64,000 bases of DNA from positions 186,001 to 250,000 of the forward strand of contig NW_027191405.1 of NCBI RefSeq assembly GCF_041146345.1, given 5' to 3'. Below are positions 38,957 to 49,554 of this stretch, one piece after another. Position 1 is the stretch's first letter; the number at the start of each line of letters is the position of its first letter. Source of the DNA: Neodothiora populina. Its lineage: Eukaryota. The notes below the pieces were generated by a model that saw only the letters and a program-made list of their open reading frames with translations, was not told the origin of the DNA and ran no database searches. The position numbers were made by a program, and so were the translations under genes.

Positions 38957-40381
38957 ATGGCGAGCTCCGAGGCCGAGTACGACACTCGTATGAGCGACGA
39001 CGAAGATGAAATCAACCAGCATCGAGGAGCTCAGAATCGAGATGGACAAGGAAACCGTAACCCGAGCAATGGCAAGTCAGCCGCAGCAAGGTCGAAAGCG
39101 AAGGGCATGGCGAGCTGGGAGGCTGGAGCACAGAAGAACTGGGATCTACAAGAGGGAGACGACGGGAGCTTGGGAGATGTGCTTGGAGGGTTGGAGGAGG
39201 CCAGTAAAAGAGCGAGGCTTCAAAAGGACACAACACCGCTGCAGAGAGGCATCATTCGTCACACTTTGCTGGTCATCGATCTGTCGACGGCTATGCTGGA
39301 AAAAGACCTCCGCCCCTCACGTTTCCTGCTCACTCTCACCTACACGATAGCATTCGTGCGCGAGTATTTCGAGCAGAATCCAATTTCTCAGCTTGGTGTG
39401 CTCGGAATGAGAGACGGCCTGGCTATCCGCGTAAGTGACATGTCGGGCAACCCGAACGATCACATCAATGCCATCAAGGGACTACGGGGCCAGGATCCTA
39501 TAGGCAATCCGAGCTTGCAGAATGCTCTTGAGATGGCTCGAGCTGCATTATACCACACGCCTTCACATGGTACGCGTGAGGTCGTGATCATACTGGGTGC
39601 ACTGCTCACATCTGACCCCGGCGATATCCACGATACCATCAAAGCGTGCATCAAGGACAAGATCAGGGTCAACATCATTGGCTTGGCGGCGCAACTTCAC
39701 ATATGTGCTGAGATCTGCTCCAAAACGAATGCGGGAGACACCAACGCCTATAATGTGGCTCTCGATGAAGTCGACTATCGCGAGCTTCTAATGGCCATTA
39801 CGACACCTCCAGTCATGCGATCAACAGAATCTGCCGCCGCCGCTGCGCAGCAGCAACTGCACAACGCCAACGCAGCTCTTCTGATGATGGGATTCCCTTC
39901 TCGCATGACCGAAAAGACTCCAACTTTATGCGCCTGTCACGGCAATTTGACACGTGGTGGATATCTCTGTTCTCGATGCAGCGCAAAAGTCTGTTCGTTA
40001 CCAGCTACTTGCCCGACCTGCGACCTCACACTTATTCTCTCCACTCATCTTGCCCGATCTTACCATCACTTGTTCCCGTTGAAAAATTGGGTTGAAGTGT
40101 CATGGTCAAGAGCCCGGCAAAAGGGGAGCAAGCAGTGCTATGGCTGTCTTTTCTCCTTTCCGCCCTTGCCGCTACACAGCAGTGCCTATGGCATGAATGG
40201 GGAGCGAGCCAAGCAGAGGAGGGCTGAAGGCGCGAGTGAGAGCAGCAGGTATGAATGTCAAACCTGCGAGCGGCACTTTTGCATTGACTGCGATGTCTTT
40301 TGTCACGAAGTCCTCCACAATTGTCCTGGTTGTCAAAGTAGCGCACACCTCCCAGGTGCGGAAAATGAAGCCGAGGCTTGA
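38957..40381 (+). CDS. SSL1: TFIIH subunit Ssl1 (p44 / GTF2H2)
   Basis: QRGIIRH, KDLRPSR, EYFEQNPISQLG, PSLQNALEMA, zinc finger CACH..GYLCSRC..LPATCPTC, LARSYHHLFPL and C-terminal FCIDCD..HNCPGC. Confidence 0.97.
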   Translation: MASSEAEYDTRMSDDEDEINQHRGAQNRDGQGNRNPSNGKSAAARSKAKGMASWEAGAQKNWDLQEGDDGSLGDVLGGLEEASKRARLQKDTTPLQRGIIRHTLLVIDLSTAMLEKDLRPSRFLLTLTYTIAFVREYFEQNPISQLGVLGMRDGLAIRVSDMSGNPNDHINAIKGLRGQDPIGNPSLQNALEMARAALYHTPSHGTREVVIILGALLTSDPGDIHDTIKACIKDKIRVNIIGLAAQLHICAEICSKTNAGDTNAYNVALDEVDYRELLMAITTPPVMRSTESAAAAAQQQLHNANAALLMMGFPSRMTEKTPTLCACHGNLTRGGYLCSRCSAKVCSLPATCPTCDLTLILSTHLARSYHHLFPLKNWVEVSWSRARQKGSKQCYGCLFSFPPLPLHSSAYGMNGERAKQRRAEGASESSRYECQTCERHFCIDCDVFCHEVLHNCPGCQSSAHLPGAENEAEA

Positions 40382-41126
40382 TCTCTGGTTTCCACCGAGA
40401 AGCGTCACGATCAAGACATGCCCAAGCTCCGCACAAGAATGAGGCGGAGCTTAAATGACACACCATACCCAGCTGAGATAGCCACGATTTAGTTCCAACG
40501 CAGCACGCGACGTGCGGTATCATAAAGCAAGCCATCATTAAGCCGACATACAAGGGCGACACCGTTACGACGCAAGCGTATGGCATGGCTCTGCAATGGA
40601 TACCAACAGGGAGCTCAAGCGAGCCTACAACGAATTGATGGTGTCGAGCGCCGCTCAGCCAACCGGATCTGGAAGTTGCATAATTGCCAAGCCAAGTCAC
40701 ATCTCATAGAACAAGGCAGGAACGATGCGGGCCAAGATCTCGACCGATCACCATGTCCACCTTTAGTCAGGCTTAGTCCTGATATCCGGTAGACAGGCAT
40801 CCTACCTTAATCCTTTCAACGCCAGCCTCAATCTCAACAATCGCCAACTTCGGTTATGTTGACGAGATTGGGACCTTGGTACCATACAGGTGTTACATAG
40901 GTAGACAGCAGTAATATTTAATCGCCAAGGCACACTCTGTACTGAGGGCTACCTTTAAAAGAGTCGCAACTACGCTCAGCTGACCATTACGCGCCACATT
41001 TGTTAGTATTCCACAAGAAACGTGCTAGCTATTGCCTGCAGGGTGAACCAAAAACGGACTGCCACTGAAGATCCTGTGTCACCAGACGATTTTCTTCACT
41101 TCCCGCGATGCAAACGTTAAAGCGAA

Positions 41127-43519
41127 ATGTCAGAGCCAGGTATGGGATGCTGTGAAGCGAAACTTTCCCAATTATTCCCACAATATCCTAGCACCAACAT
41201 CTACCGATTCGCAAAAGACAGGACTGATTTTGACAATTTTCGTGAGTTAGTCGAGTACTCTAGTGTTTCTTCGACTTCACTCCAGAAAGAAGATCACATG
41301 CTTTCTGAGCGAGGCCAAGCCTTCGCGAACCTTTTACAAACACACAATCGACGTGCGCTGAGGATATGTGTAGCCACCAACATCTCGTTGAAGTTGTACC
41401 AACCACTCTAGCGCCTGCCTTCACTATGTTCAGACGACTCTGGAGTGACCTCCCATACGCCGTGTGCAACAGATCGTCTGTCGATAGTACGGCAGCTAGA
41501 CCGTATAACGATAACCCTTGAGGAGTCGTGGCAAGTGACCACAAATCGTCGATGGCGAACAACGATCACTATGCGTTTTGTAGCGAACGAAGAGCTAGAG
41601 TGGCTACATGGCTCTAATTCGAGGACACAAACCGCAGACATAAGCACTTCACGAATCCACGGTCATTGTTCTAGTAAGGCCTAACGCATTTTCTTTTCTT
41701 TCGCAAGCAATCCTTGGAAGCTATCGAGATAGAGCGATGGACAGAGCATCCAGTGGAACCGCATCGGAGCCTTTGGCAAGCAATGCAAACGATGGCTGTT
41801 TCGATGTCATTACTTTCAGGACGGATGAATCTAGTGTAACAGAGATGGAAATAATCTCGCCCACTCTTATCATAAGCTTGTAGGAGACTTGCATCGATTA
41901 TCCCGGACTAGAGTATAAATCACTCTTCCAAGATCGAGTTGCTTTCACTTCGCCTTACATGATGCTCTTCTATAACTTGGCCAGCCTGCAGGAGCGTGCG
42001 CTCGAGGCGCAAAGGTCAGAAAAACGCCATCTGCGCACATTGTTAGAATACCTCGGAAACGAGCCTTCGTCAATCACGTTGCAGGGATTGCTATCACAGA
42101 CGTGTCGCACTATTTCCCTCCCGGACTTGTGGCTTATATACCGAGCTGGAACCACTGTATATAGGATATCCCCTGATGATCGCAGGAACTGGCAAGCATT
42201 CAAGATCCGGAATGTGTACTATACCACAGGCGATTATAGCAAGCTGAGTATCCATTACTATGGCCTTGTATTTGACAGTACGAGGACCCGCCTCATCCCA
42301 CAACATCACAGTGTTCTGGTGCATCCTTGGGTCGGCGAGAGATTCATAGCAGATCTTGAGCTCGTACCTTCCACCTTTCTTCCCGACCAGCAACTGCAGT
42401 CACTACGCAAAACTTTGGAGAGCCGTGGCCGGAGCTACTGGTTCCTCAGAGGGAAGGCGACTTGCCATGCATACGAGGAGAACAATGTCTGGCACGGCTC
42501 TTCCAAACGAGTCAGTTGGAGTGCGAATGTCGTGAGTACGCTTCAGCGAGCTAACGAGAGACGCAGGGCAAGATCAATATCGTACTAGATTTCACTTCGA
42601 TTGATAAAGAAAACTATACTCGCAAACCAACAAACGAAACTGAGGGGCTCCTCTGTTCTTGCTCTACATGTGCTCTCAAGTATTCTGCGCTTGGATCTTT
42701 CCCACCCATTACAGCAGATACCAGGAGGAGATGTCCGCACGACATGTATCCCATGCTCGAGCTACAGATGCAGTCGCCGCAAGCAAGGCAGCCCCCCTAT
42801 ACAGCTTGGTCTGGTCGGAGATCTCTGGCAAAGGATTTGGCCATCTCGAACAGTCTATGAACGACGCAACACGCTGTGCCGAGCGCTGGCGTGCCGTCCT
42901 TGTCATAGACCATGCTGATGCATTAATCAACCCATCAGCGAGCCGAGGCCACTCGGCCGATACCTACACTGATTTTGTTATGAGCAGACTCGAGCATCAT
43001 ACCGGCCTCGTGTTCCTGCTGGCAACGCAGACTGAGGCTCGCCTAACTCCGATGATATGTTCCAAGATCAGCCTCGTTGTGACATATCCCGAGTTGACTT
43101 CGGTCACGAGAGCCAAAATTTGGAACAATCTATTGAGGTCGTGGCCGTGTGATGTCGAAGACCGACAAGTGATTTTCAGCCTTGTTGGCGTGGTCTGCTC
43201 ATACAACCTGAACGGACATCAACTACGCAATTGTATAGCCACCGCACTGAACTTTTCAACACATGACACTGCAATCCAAAGACAACGTTTAGAGATAGCG
43301 ATCGCCCATGATGCTGAGTTGCTTGCGGCCAGCACATCTTCTCAGCAGCGCGATTTACACCGACGTCTATCGGGCTCCATCCATCTCAAACACCTTGTTG
43401 ATGATGACACCGGTAGCCACGGCCGAAGCAGCCGAGGTCGCGGCCGAAGGGTGGACGTGGAGGAAGTTGCCTGCGCATGTCAGGAGGCCGCAGCTGGCGT
43501 TCGAGAAGGGTCTGCCTGA
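41127..43519 (+). pseudogene. Degenerate fungal AAA+ ATPase (DUF7025-type N-terminus plus AAA remnant); 5' boundary uncertain
   Basis: EIISPTLI..DYP interrupted by in-frame TAG at 41881-41883. LWLIYRAGTTVY and RGRSYW motifs; intron 42511-42566; CSCSTC. A frame change near 42750 leads into AVA..PLY, RWRAVLVIDHAD, RLEHHTGLVFL, YPELT..RAKIW and LNGHQLRN. No Walker A. Confidence 0.7.
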
Positions 43520-44095
43520 CACTGATGCCGAGGATGATAGGGCCAGGAAGCAGAAGTTGAGGAGGTTGGGACAGAAGGAGGAGAGCGAGGAGGGACTGTC
43601 AGCGGTTGGGCAGGGTGGGAAGGAAGAGGATGAAGTCATGGAGGAGGTGGATGAGAATGAGGGAGGGGAGGGGGCTTGATGTCGGTTATGGCTGATGGGA
43701 AGCAGAGGCTTACCTTTTGCATGTGTGCTTACCTGCTGTGATGGCAGATTGATCTCTTCGCTTTCTGGTGGTGTTTGAAGTATTTGTTAGGTTCTCATGA
43801 GCACACGCCAAGTTACTTTTCGTGGACATTAACAGATAAACAAAGTCAACTGAGTTATGGACATACCGCATTATCACATGCATATCGTAATTTGATGGCT
43901 ACAGCATACACGTTCACATGAATGATTGTCGCAAAAGAATTGATGAACTCGAGTCGGCGACGCCTCAGCTGTTGACTTTCATAAGAATTCATGTTTCGTT
44001 CTCGTCTTTCTATCAATCAAATCATAGTAAAGACCTTCTCACGAGCCACCCTCCACCATCAACATCAACATTAAACAACCAGAAAGAGTCCACGC

Positions 44096-44479
44096 TTAAA
44101 CCCTCTTAGGCAAACTCCTCTCGCCAGGCTCCTTTCCCTCAGCCTGCGCCTCCTTATCGGCCTTGGTCTGCAAAAACCCCGCAATCTCCTTGGACGACGC
44201 GCCGAGCAGGTTGAACAGCGCCTCGTGGATGTGGAAGCTGGGCAGGCCCGCGAGCAGCAGCTTGTGGGTCTCGCCTTCTAGGAGCAGCGCGTCGAAGGTG
44301 TCCTTGCCGTCGGTCTTGCGCTGGCGCAGGACGATGCGGAACGAGGTTGGGAAGAGGACTGCTGCGTTGGCTTTTTGTCGAAGGTAAGTACGTGTGGTCA
44401 AAAGTAGATATGTTGAGGTGGAGGTCGGCTTACAGAGGATCTGGTCACGGTAGAAGGATTCTTGGGCGGCGGCGGACAT
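44096..44479 (-). CDS. Small hypothetical protein A (106 aa) of a tandem four-member family
   Basis: ATG in CGCCCATCATG context; phase-1 intron 44433-44371 (GTAAGC..AAG); strongly C/G-ending codons; motifs shared with neighbours. Confidence 0.75.
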   Translation of the reverse strand: MSAAAQESFYRDQILCKPTSTSTYLLLTTRTYLRQKANAAVLFPTSFRIVLRQRKTDGKDTFDALLLEGETHKLLLAGLPSFHIHEALFNLLGASSKEIAGFLQTKADKEAQAEGKEPGERSLPKRV

Positions 44480-45446
44480 GATGGGCGGTTTTGTTGTTGA
44501 GTTACTGGATGTAGTGTAAATTTGGGATTCAATGGATATAGGCTAGATACACGGAGTCTGAGAGAAGACATACTTTATGAAATGGGTATAGAGGTATGTT
44601 GTGAGATTTGGACGTGTATAGAGAGCTGATGGGGTATTATCTAGATGGAAAGAGTTCAAGAAAGAGAAATGAATGAAGCTATTTGTTTTTCAACCACGAA
44701 TCAATCACTAACCAGAGCACCTCATCATCCCTCATCTCTCTTTCTCCTCTCAATCCCTGGCTAATCCACCTGCTTTGCCGTCGTTATCCCAGGAAATGAC
44801 GCAACCTGACATCATGTCTCGAAAAGCGGTGCACACGGAAAAAGCTGGATGTGTGCAGGGCGGCTTCAAGCACAAGCTACCTACCTAAGCTAAGCTGTGC
44901 CAGGAACAAGCAACACACAAACCCCACTATGAGGGGTAACGCCGCCGGTGCGTGCGGATGTTGAAGATCTGCCGCTCGGACTTGCATTACTGTAACAATA
45001 TCCAGCCCGATTGCGAGTTACAGATGAGCCTCTGTTCGTTCAGTGCATTTGCATTGTTTGGATCGTACCGATCATCGCTCTTTGCGAGAGTGTCTGTCGA
45101 TGGTATCTCATGTAGACAACTTCGTGCTCATAACCCGGCTCTGTTAGGCAAAGGCATGCAATGGCTGGCGGCTAGTGGCGTTCTGGCCGGCCTAGTAGGT
45201 GCAGTAACGTCGATGAGGCCGCGCGCGTAATTGGTCCAAGCTCTTCCGTCGGATCATAGCCGTCGACCTCCGTCATGCACCTCTTGAGAGGAGCAACCTA
45301 ACCTAGATCTTCAATCGTTCATCAATTCCTTCATATTACCCCCCCCCCAAACTGCTGTATTGTACACGAGAAGATAAATAATGGCATTCTTCTTTCTGAC
45401 GATGTCGGTGCTGTCTTCAAGACTTTGTAGGTCGCCCCATCATGGA

Positions 45447-45779
45447 TCAAAACTCCCGAACCTTGTCGCGCAGTCGAATCAATGCTCCCTCGACAGTGTC
45501 CGCCAGGTCGCCATTGTACTCTTCAAATCCCCGACTTGCCTTTCGCGTGTCCTTGCGGATCAAGATGGCGCGAAAAAGCTGCGGCCGTCCGTATCTGTCT
45601 TCGTGACCGGGACTGATCTTTACTGACATGTGCTTCTGCTTGTCGTTTGGGAACCTGAGGCATGCTTTTCCTACAGATGTCATCAGTCCCCGTCTCTGGA
45701 TTTCTGTGAAAGTTGTCTTGTTACCGAGGATTTCTTCCTCGAGTTCCTTGCCTTGGTCCGGCACTGGATAGCTGGGCAT
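45447..45779 (-). CDS. Small hypothetical protein B (92 aa) of the same family
   Basis: ATG in GCGAAGATG context; phase-1 intron 45724-45671 (GTAACA..CTGAT..TGTAG) after EEIL; family motifs present. Confidence 0.7.
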   Translation of the reverse strand: MPSYPVPDQGKELEEEILGNKTTFTEIQRRGLMTSVGKACLRFPNDKQKHMSVKISPGHEDRYGRPQLFRAILIRKDTRKASRGFEEYNGDLADTVEGALIRLRDKVREF

Positions 45780-46411
45780 CTTCGCAAACTTGCATTGGTG
45801 CTGTTGCTTTACTACACTACACGACAGACCCATCTTGATGAGACTAGCTTACTTATTACTGGAAAAAGCTACTCCCGAGAGCTACGCGGCAGTGTCTTGA
45901 TAATGGATTCCTTAGGCTTGTTAGACGTGCTGATTCTGGATCTTCTACTAACATAGTCACCAGGTCTGTATCAACAAATTGTACGCCTCCGTACTACGAA
46001 TAACGTGTGTCAAAGCTAGCATGTGAGTCTGGTACGACTGTGTCTGATTGGATTTTGTTGGTCTGTGAAGGCTTTGACCGACCACATTGGTGGAAGCTCA
46101 TCCACGGCAGGTGACGAATTTCAATCGCATCTGAGTTTATGGGCGTGCAAAGAACTTGTCATTAGCAAATTATCCTGCTTGTTCAAAGCGTAATTCACCA
46201 TACATCTTCGGACTATCTCGTGGGCTGTCTGGTTTGAAGCGACACATGGCAGCTGCAGTAGCACTCGAAGCTACGTGCGGCTCGTGAAGGACACCACTCA
46301 TATCCTAACATCGCACACATCGAGGCTTCCTCGTACTGTCATACCAATCCCTCGACAATCAGTGGGTTGCTTCGTCAGTGGGTATTGTCGACTGCCCACT
46401 TGTCTTCGACA

Positions 46412-46753
46412 CTATTTGTGTGCTTTCGTCAACTGCTCGAGTCTGGATTTCACGTTCTTCAAGGCCGATCGGACACTGTGTGCTGGGCGACCTTGGATAT
46501 AGCACGTGACCTCCACACCGTTCCGGTCTTCTTGCCACAGAAGTCTTGCTGCGGCGCTGGGTTCGTCATGTTTCGCTCCGATATCCACAATCTTGATGCT
46601 TTGCTTTTCGCCCTTTGTGATGGCTTGGATGGCTTCGGCTGGCAAAGGTAAGTCAAATGGAGTGCACGAAGATGCGATCGTCTTACTCAGAATTTGTTTC
46701 TCCATTTCACCGCATTGCGAAACTTCTTTCTTCATGAAATTCGCGACATTCAT
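46412..46753 (-). CDS. Small hypothetical protein C (about 97 aa) of the same family
   Basis: Phase-1 intron 46686-46639 (GTAAGA..TTGAC..CCAG) after KQIL; family motifs present; the start could be a downstream ATG. Confidence 0.65.
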   Translation of the reverse strand: MNVANFMKKEVSQCGEMEKQILSKTIASSCTPFDLPLPAEAIQAITKGEKQSIKIVDIGAKHDEPSAAARLLWQEDRNGVEVTCYIQGRPAHSVRSALKNVKSRLEQLTKAHK

Positions 46754-47441
46754 TTTCACACGACTTTACTCCAAGGAGTAGAAGATTCAGTAAGTTGTTT
46801 CTAAGTCTCAACGAAGGGTGCCTCGTGGGTTTTAGTCGCCTCATCGGAGGTCACGGCGAATTCTTATCAGCTCTGCCAATGCACAGTGACATCGGAGCTG
46901 CATATGCAATTATTCCACCATGCTGAAATAGTATAATAGAAATGCATCCGAGTCTGAGTTGTTCCACAAATTACAGCTCAGCTTATAACGGTGTTGTTGA
47001 TATTATCCATGCCAGCCTGAATCGCAATACCGATGGATTGGTATGCGGAACGATCACGTTGACTCTCGGTGCCCTGCATTCTCGCTCGCGTGCTTTTTCA
47101 TCGACTGAGAGTTCGTGGGAGTCAAATATGCATGCGCTGGCAGAACTCGCCTTGTGGAACAGCTGCTCCATTCCGGCAGAATGCCTCATGTAACAACGGT
47201 GATTTACCATTTATCAGAGATCACAACGAATGCATCAGACTGGAGAAAACAGTAAAATCTGAGGACACAATTCTGTAATGCTACGGTGCTATCATCGTAG
47301 GAACTGTGGGCTCTAATTTACATCTACCGTGGTTCTTCGAGCGCAATAGCATACACTGCTAGCAGTAAGTGCAGTAAGTGCATCAGGATAGCTGGTGGCC
47401 TCAAATACCCCTCCCAACTCTTGTGGTTGGGATCCTTTCAT

Positions 47442-48020
47442 TCAAAATGCAGACAAACCCCGCCTGAGACGCTCTTCCTTGACCATCTCAAACAAGTCCC
47501 GATACGCAGCCACTTCGGTACGCTTTTCCTCGCCGTTCATCAAGGCATCATTCGTGATCTTGACCTGAACGACAGCCGTGAAGGCCAAGTCCATGTCACT
47601 CACCACACGGACTCTGATATCTTGGTCTGGATACAAAGGCCGCGCTAGACCTACACCAATCTCAGCAACTAACATTTCTCGATGATAGAAATGCGATGGG
47701 TAGAACTAACGACAGATAAAATTCCTTTCGGCAAGGTACTCTGCGTCGTCATCATCGTCCGACGGCAGATTACCCTCGTCTTCATCCTCGGTGTCCTCGT
47801 AATCATCGTCTTCTTCCTCGGAGGAGTCAACATCATCATCATGTTGTTGTTCAAGACGCGCTCGAGGGCCCTGTTCTTGCTGATCCAACGCCCGAGACTC
47901 CCGTTCTCCGCCCGGCGCGTGTAGTGATATTCTAGCCAACTGGAGCGAATCCACGTCGAGCCTGTCGTGGGGGGAATTGAGAGTCGCGCATCTGCGACAT
48001 TGCTCTATCGCATCACGCAT
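47442..48020 (-). CDS. Hypothetical protein D: acidic N-terminal region plus the family domain; start uncertain
   Basis: Phase-1 intron 47710-47651 (GTTAGT..GCTGAG..TGTAG) joins the D/E-rich ORF (..AERNFIC) to RLARPLYP..GEEKRTEVAAYRDL. ATG 48020 has A at -3; upstream exons are possible. Confidence 0.65.
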
Positions 48021-49554
48021 CGTGTGAGTCCTGAGTCGCAAGCTAGATGAATGGAAATAAGTATCAAGAGGAACCAGTTCAGTCAAAGAGTCGATTGCCT
48101 GTAGAGCCTCTTGCCTCAGGGAGAGAAGCAAGGGGAGAGCAGAGGATGAGGGAGACGAAGCCCCATCTCTTATACCTCAGTCCAACGTAACGCAGCAAAA
48201 AACCAGCAGCCCAACCTTCCCGTGGTGTAACGAGACACAGAGAAGCGACCGGCCTCATCATCGTCGTAGTTGTTGTCGTCGTCGCTGGTCGCAATGGAAG
48301 CACAAGAAATGGGCCAGGCGACAGAACGAGCGGGTGCATCATGACTGTAATCCTGGCGAGCACAAAGGTGCGCAGTGGACGCAAAGGGTCTATAGAGAGT
48401 GAAGCCGAAGCCCCGTTGTAATCCCTTTTTTCCATCCTATAGTACCGTTGCTGTCGTCGTTCTACCCAGAACCACCCTTAGTTGCTACGTGCCTGTTATC
48501 GAAATAGACCAAAAGTTCAATCCAAACAGACAGCTGCATCAACAACACAACCCCAATGGGAAACCCCTTGGACAGTAAAAAGGGTAAAGCCATATCCTGC
48601 TTTCGACCTTGCTTTCGACCTTGGCCTCCGCATCACTTGTCGCACGAACACAACCACCACCAGACCCACTCCCGGTACCAGTTCCAGCCTGCCGGTGAAT
48701 ACCGTGAGCATCACAGGGTCGTTACACAAAGAAAGCTACCTAGCGGGGTAAATAGAATCGAAGAAATATCCAGCAGGATGGTACTTCACAGCCCCCCACA
48801 CACAGAGCAGACAGGGATCTCTTCTACTGTAAAGTGTACGCGACACAGGAACGGCAAAGACAAAGACATGTCCTCACCTCTACGATCTCTACGCATCCAC
48901 CTCAGCTTACGAGCTCTGTACTGTATACCCCAACATGGTGGCGCTGATGGGACAGTAGAGGATATCAGTCATCACTTCTCGGCTGGAGAGACTCCGCCCG
49001 CACGACATCTACAGGGCGGCGCATGGACGATAAAGACTGGGTGGAGAGGTGATTGGAGGAGAGGGGTTGGCTGAGTGGTTGTCGAGTTGAGGTGTTTCTC
49101 GAGTAGAAGGGCAGGTCTCAGTAGAGGAGGTGCTTGAAGCTAAGCCGGCTCTCGCCTTTAAAATGTAGATCTTGACTGTATTTTATTGCACAGGACTACT
49201 CTCTTTTTTGTTGTATGGATGGCTGGGTGGTGGTGGTGGTTGCAGGTGGTGCAAACGCTCGGAGTTTTCTTGCGATTCTTTTGAGTTCTTCTGCTAATTT
49301 TGCCGGTGTGGTATCATTCGTATATAGACGCTTTCTCGTCTTTTGTTCTTGTCCGCTTCTTTTTTTCTTTTTTTTTCTGCTTCTCTTATGCCTCTTCCAC
49401 TCTCTTTGGTCTGTACTTCTGTCTGTCTCCTTGCTTCATCTCTGGTCTGCACATCCCTGTTCGTTCCATTTCCTAGCAACTCTCATCTCTCTTGTGTGCC
49501 AGTTACACGTGTCGAAGCGAAGAGGAGATGATAAGATGAAAACGCACGATACGT

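Noticed and set aside
46942..47210. Short ORFs on both strands between array genes C and D
   Set aside because: They lack the family motifs and intron, so I cannot support a fifth member.
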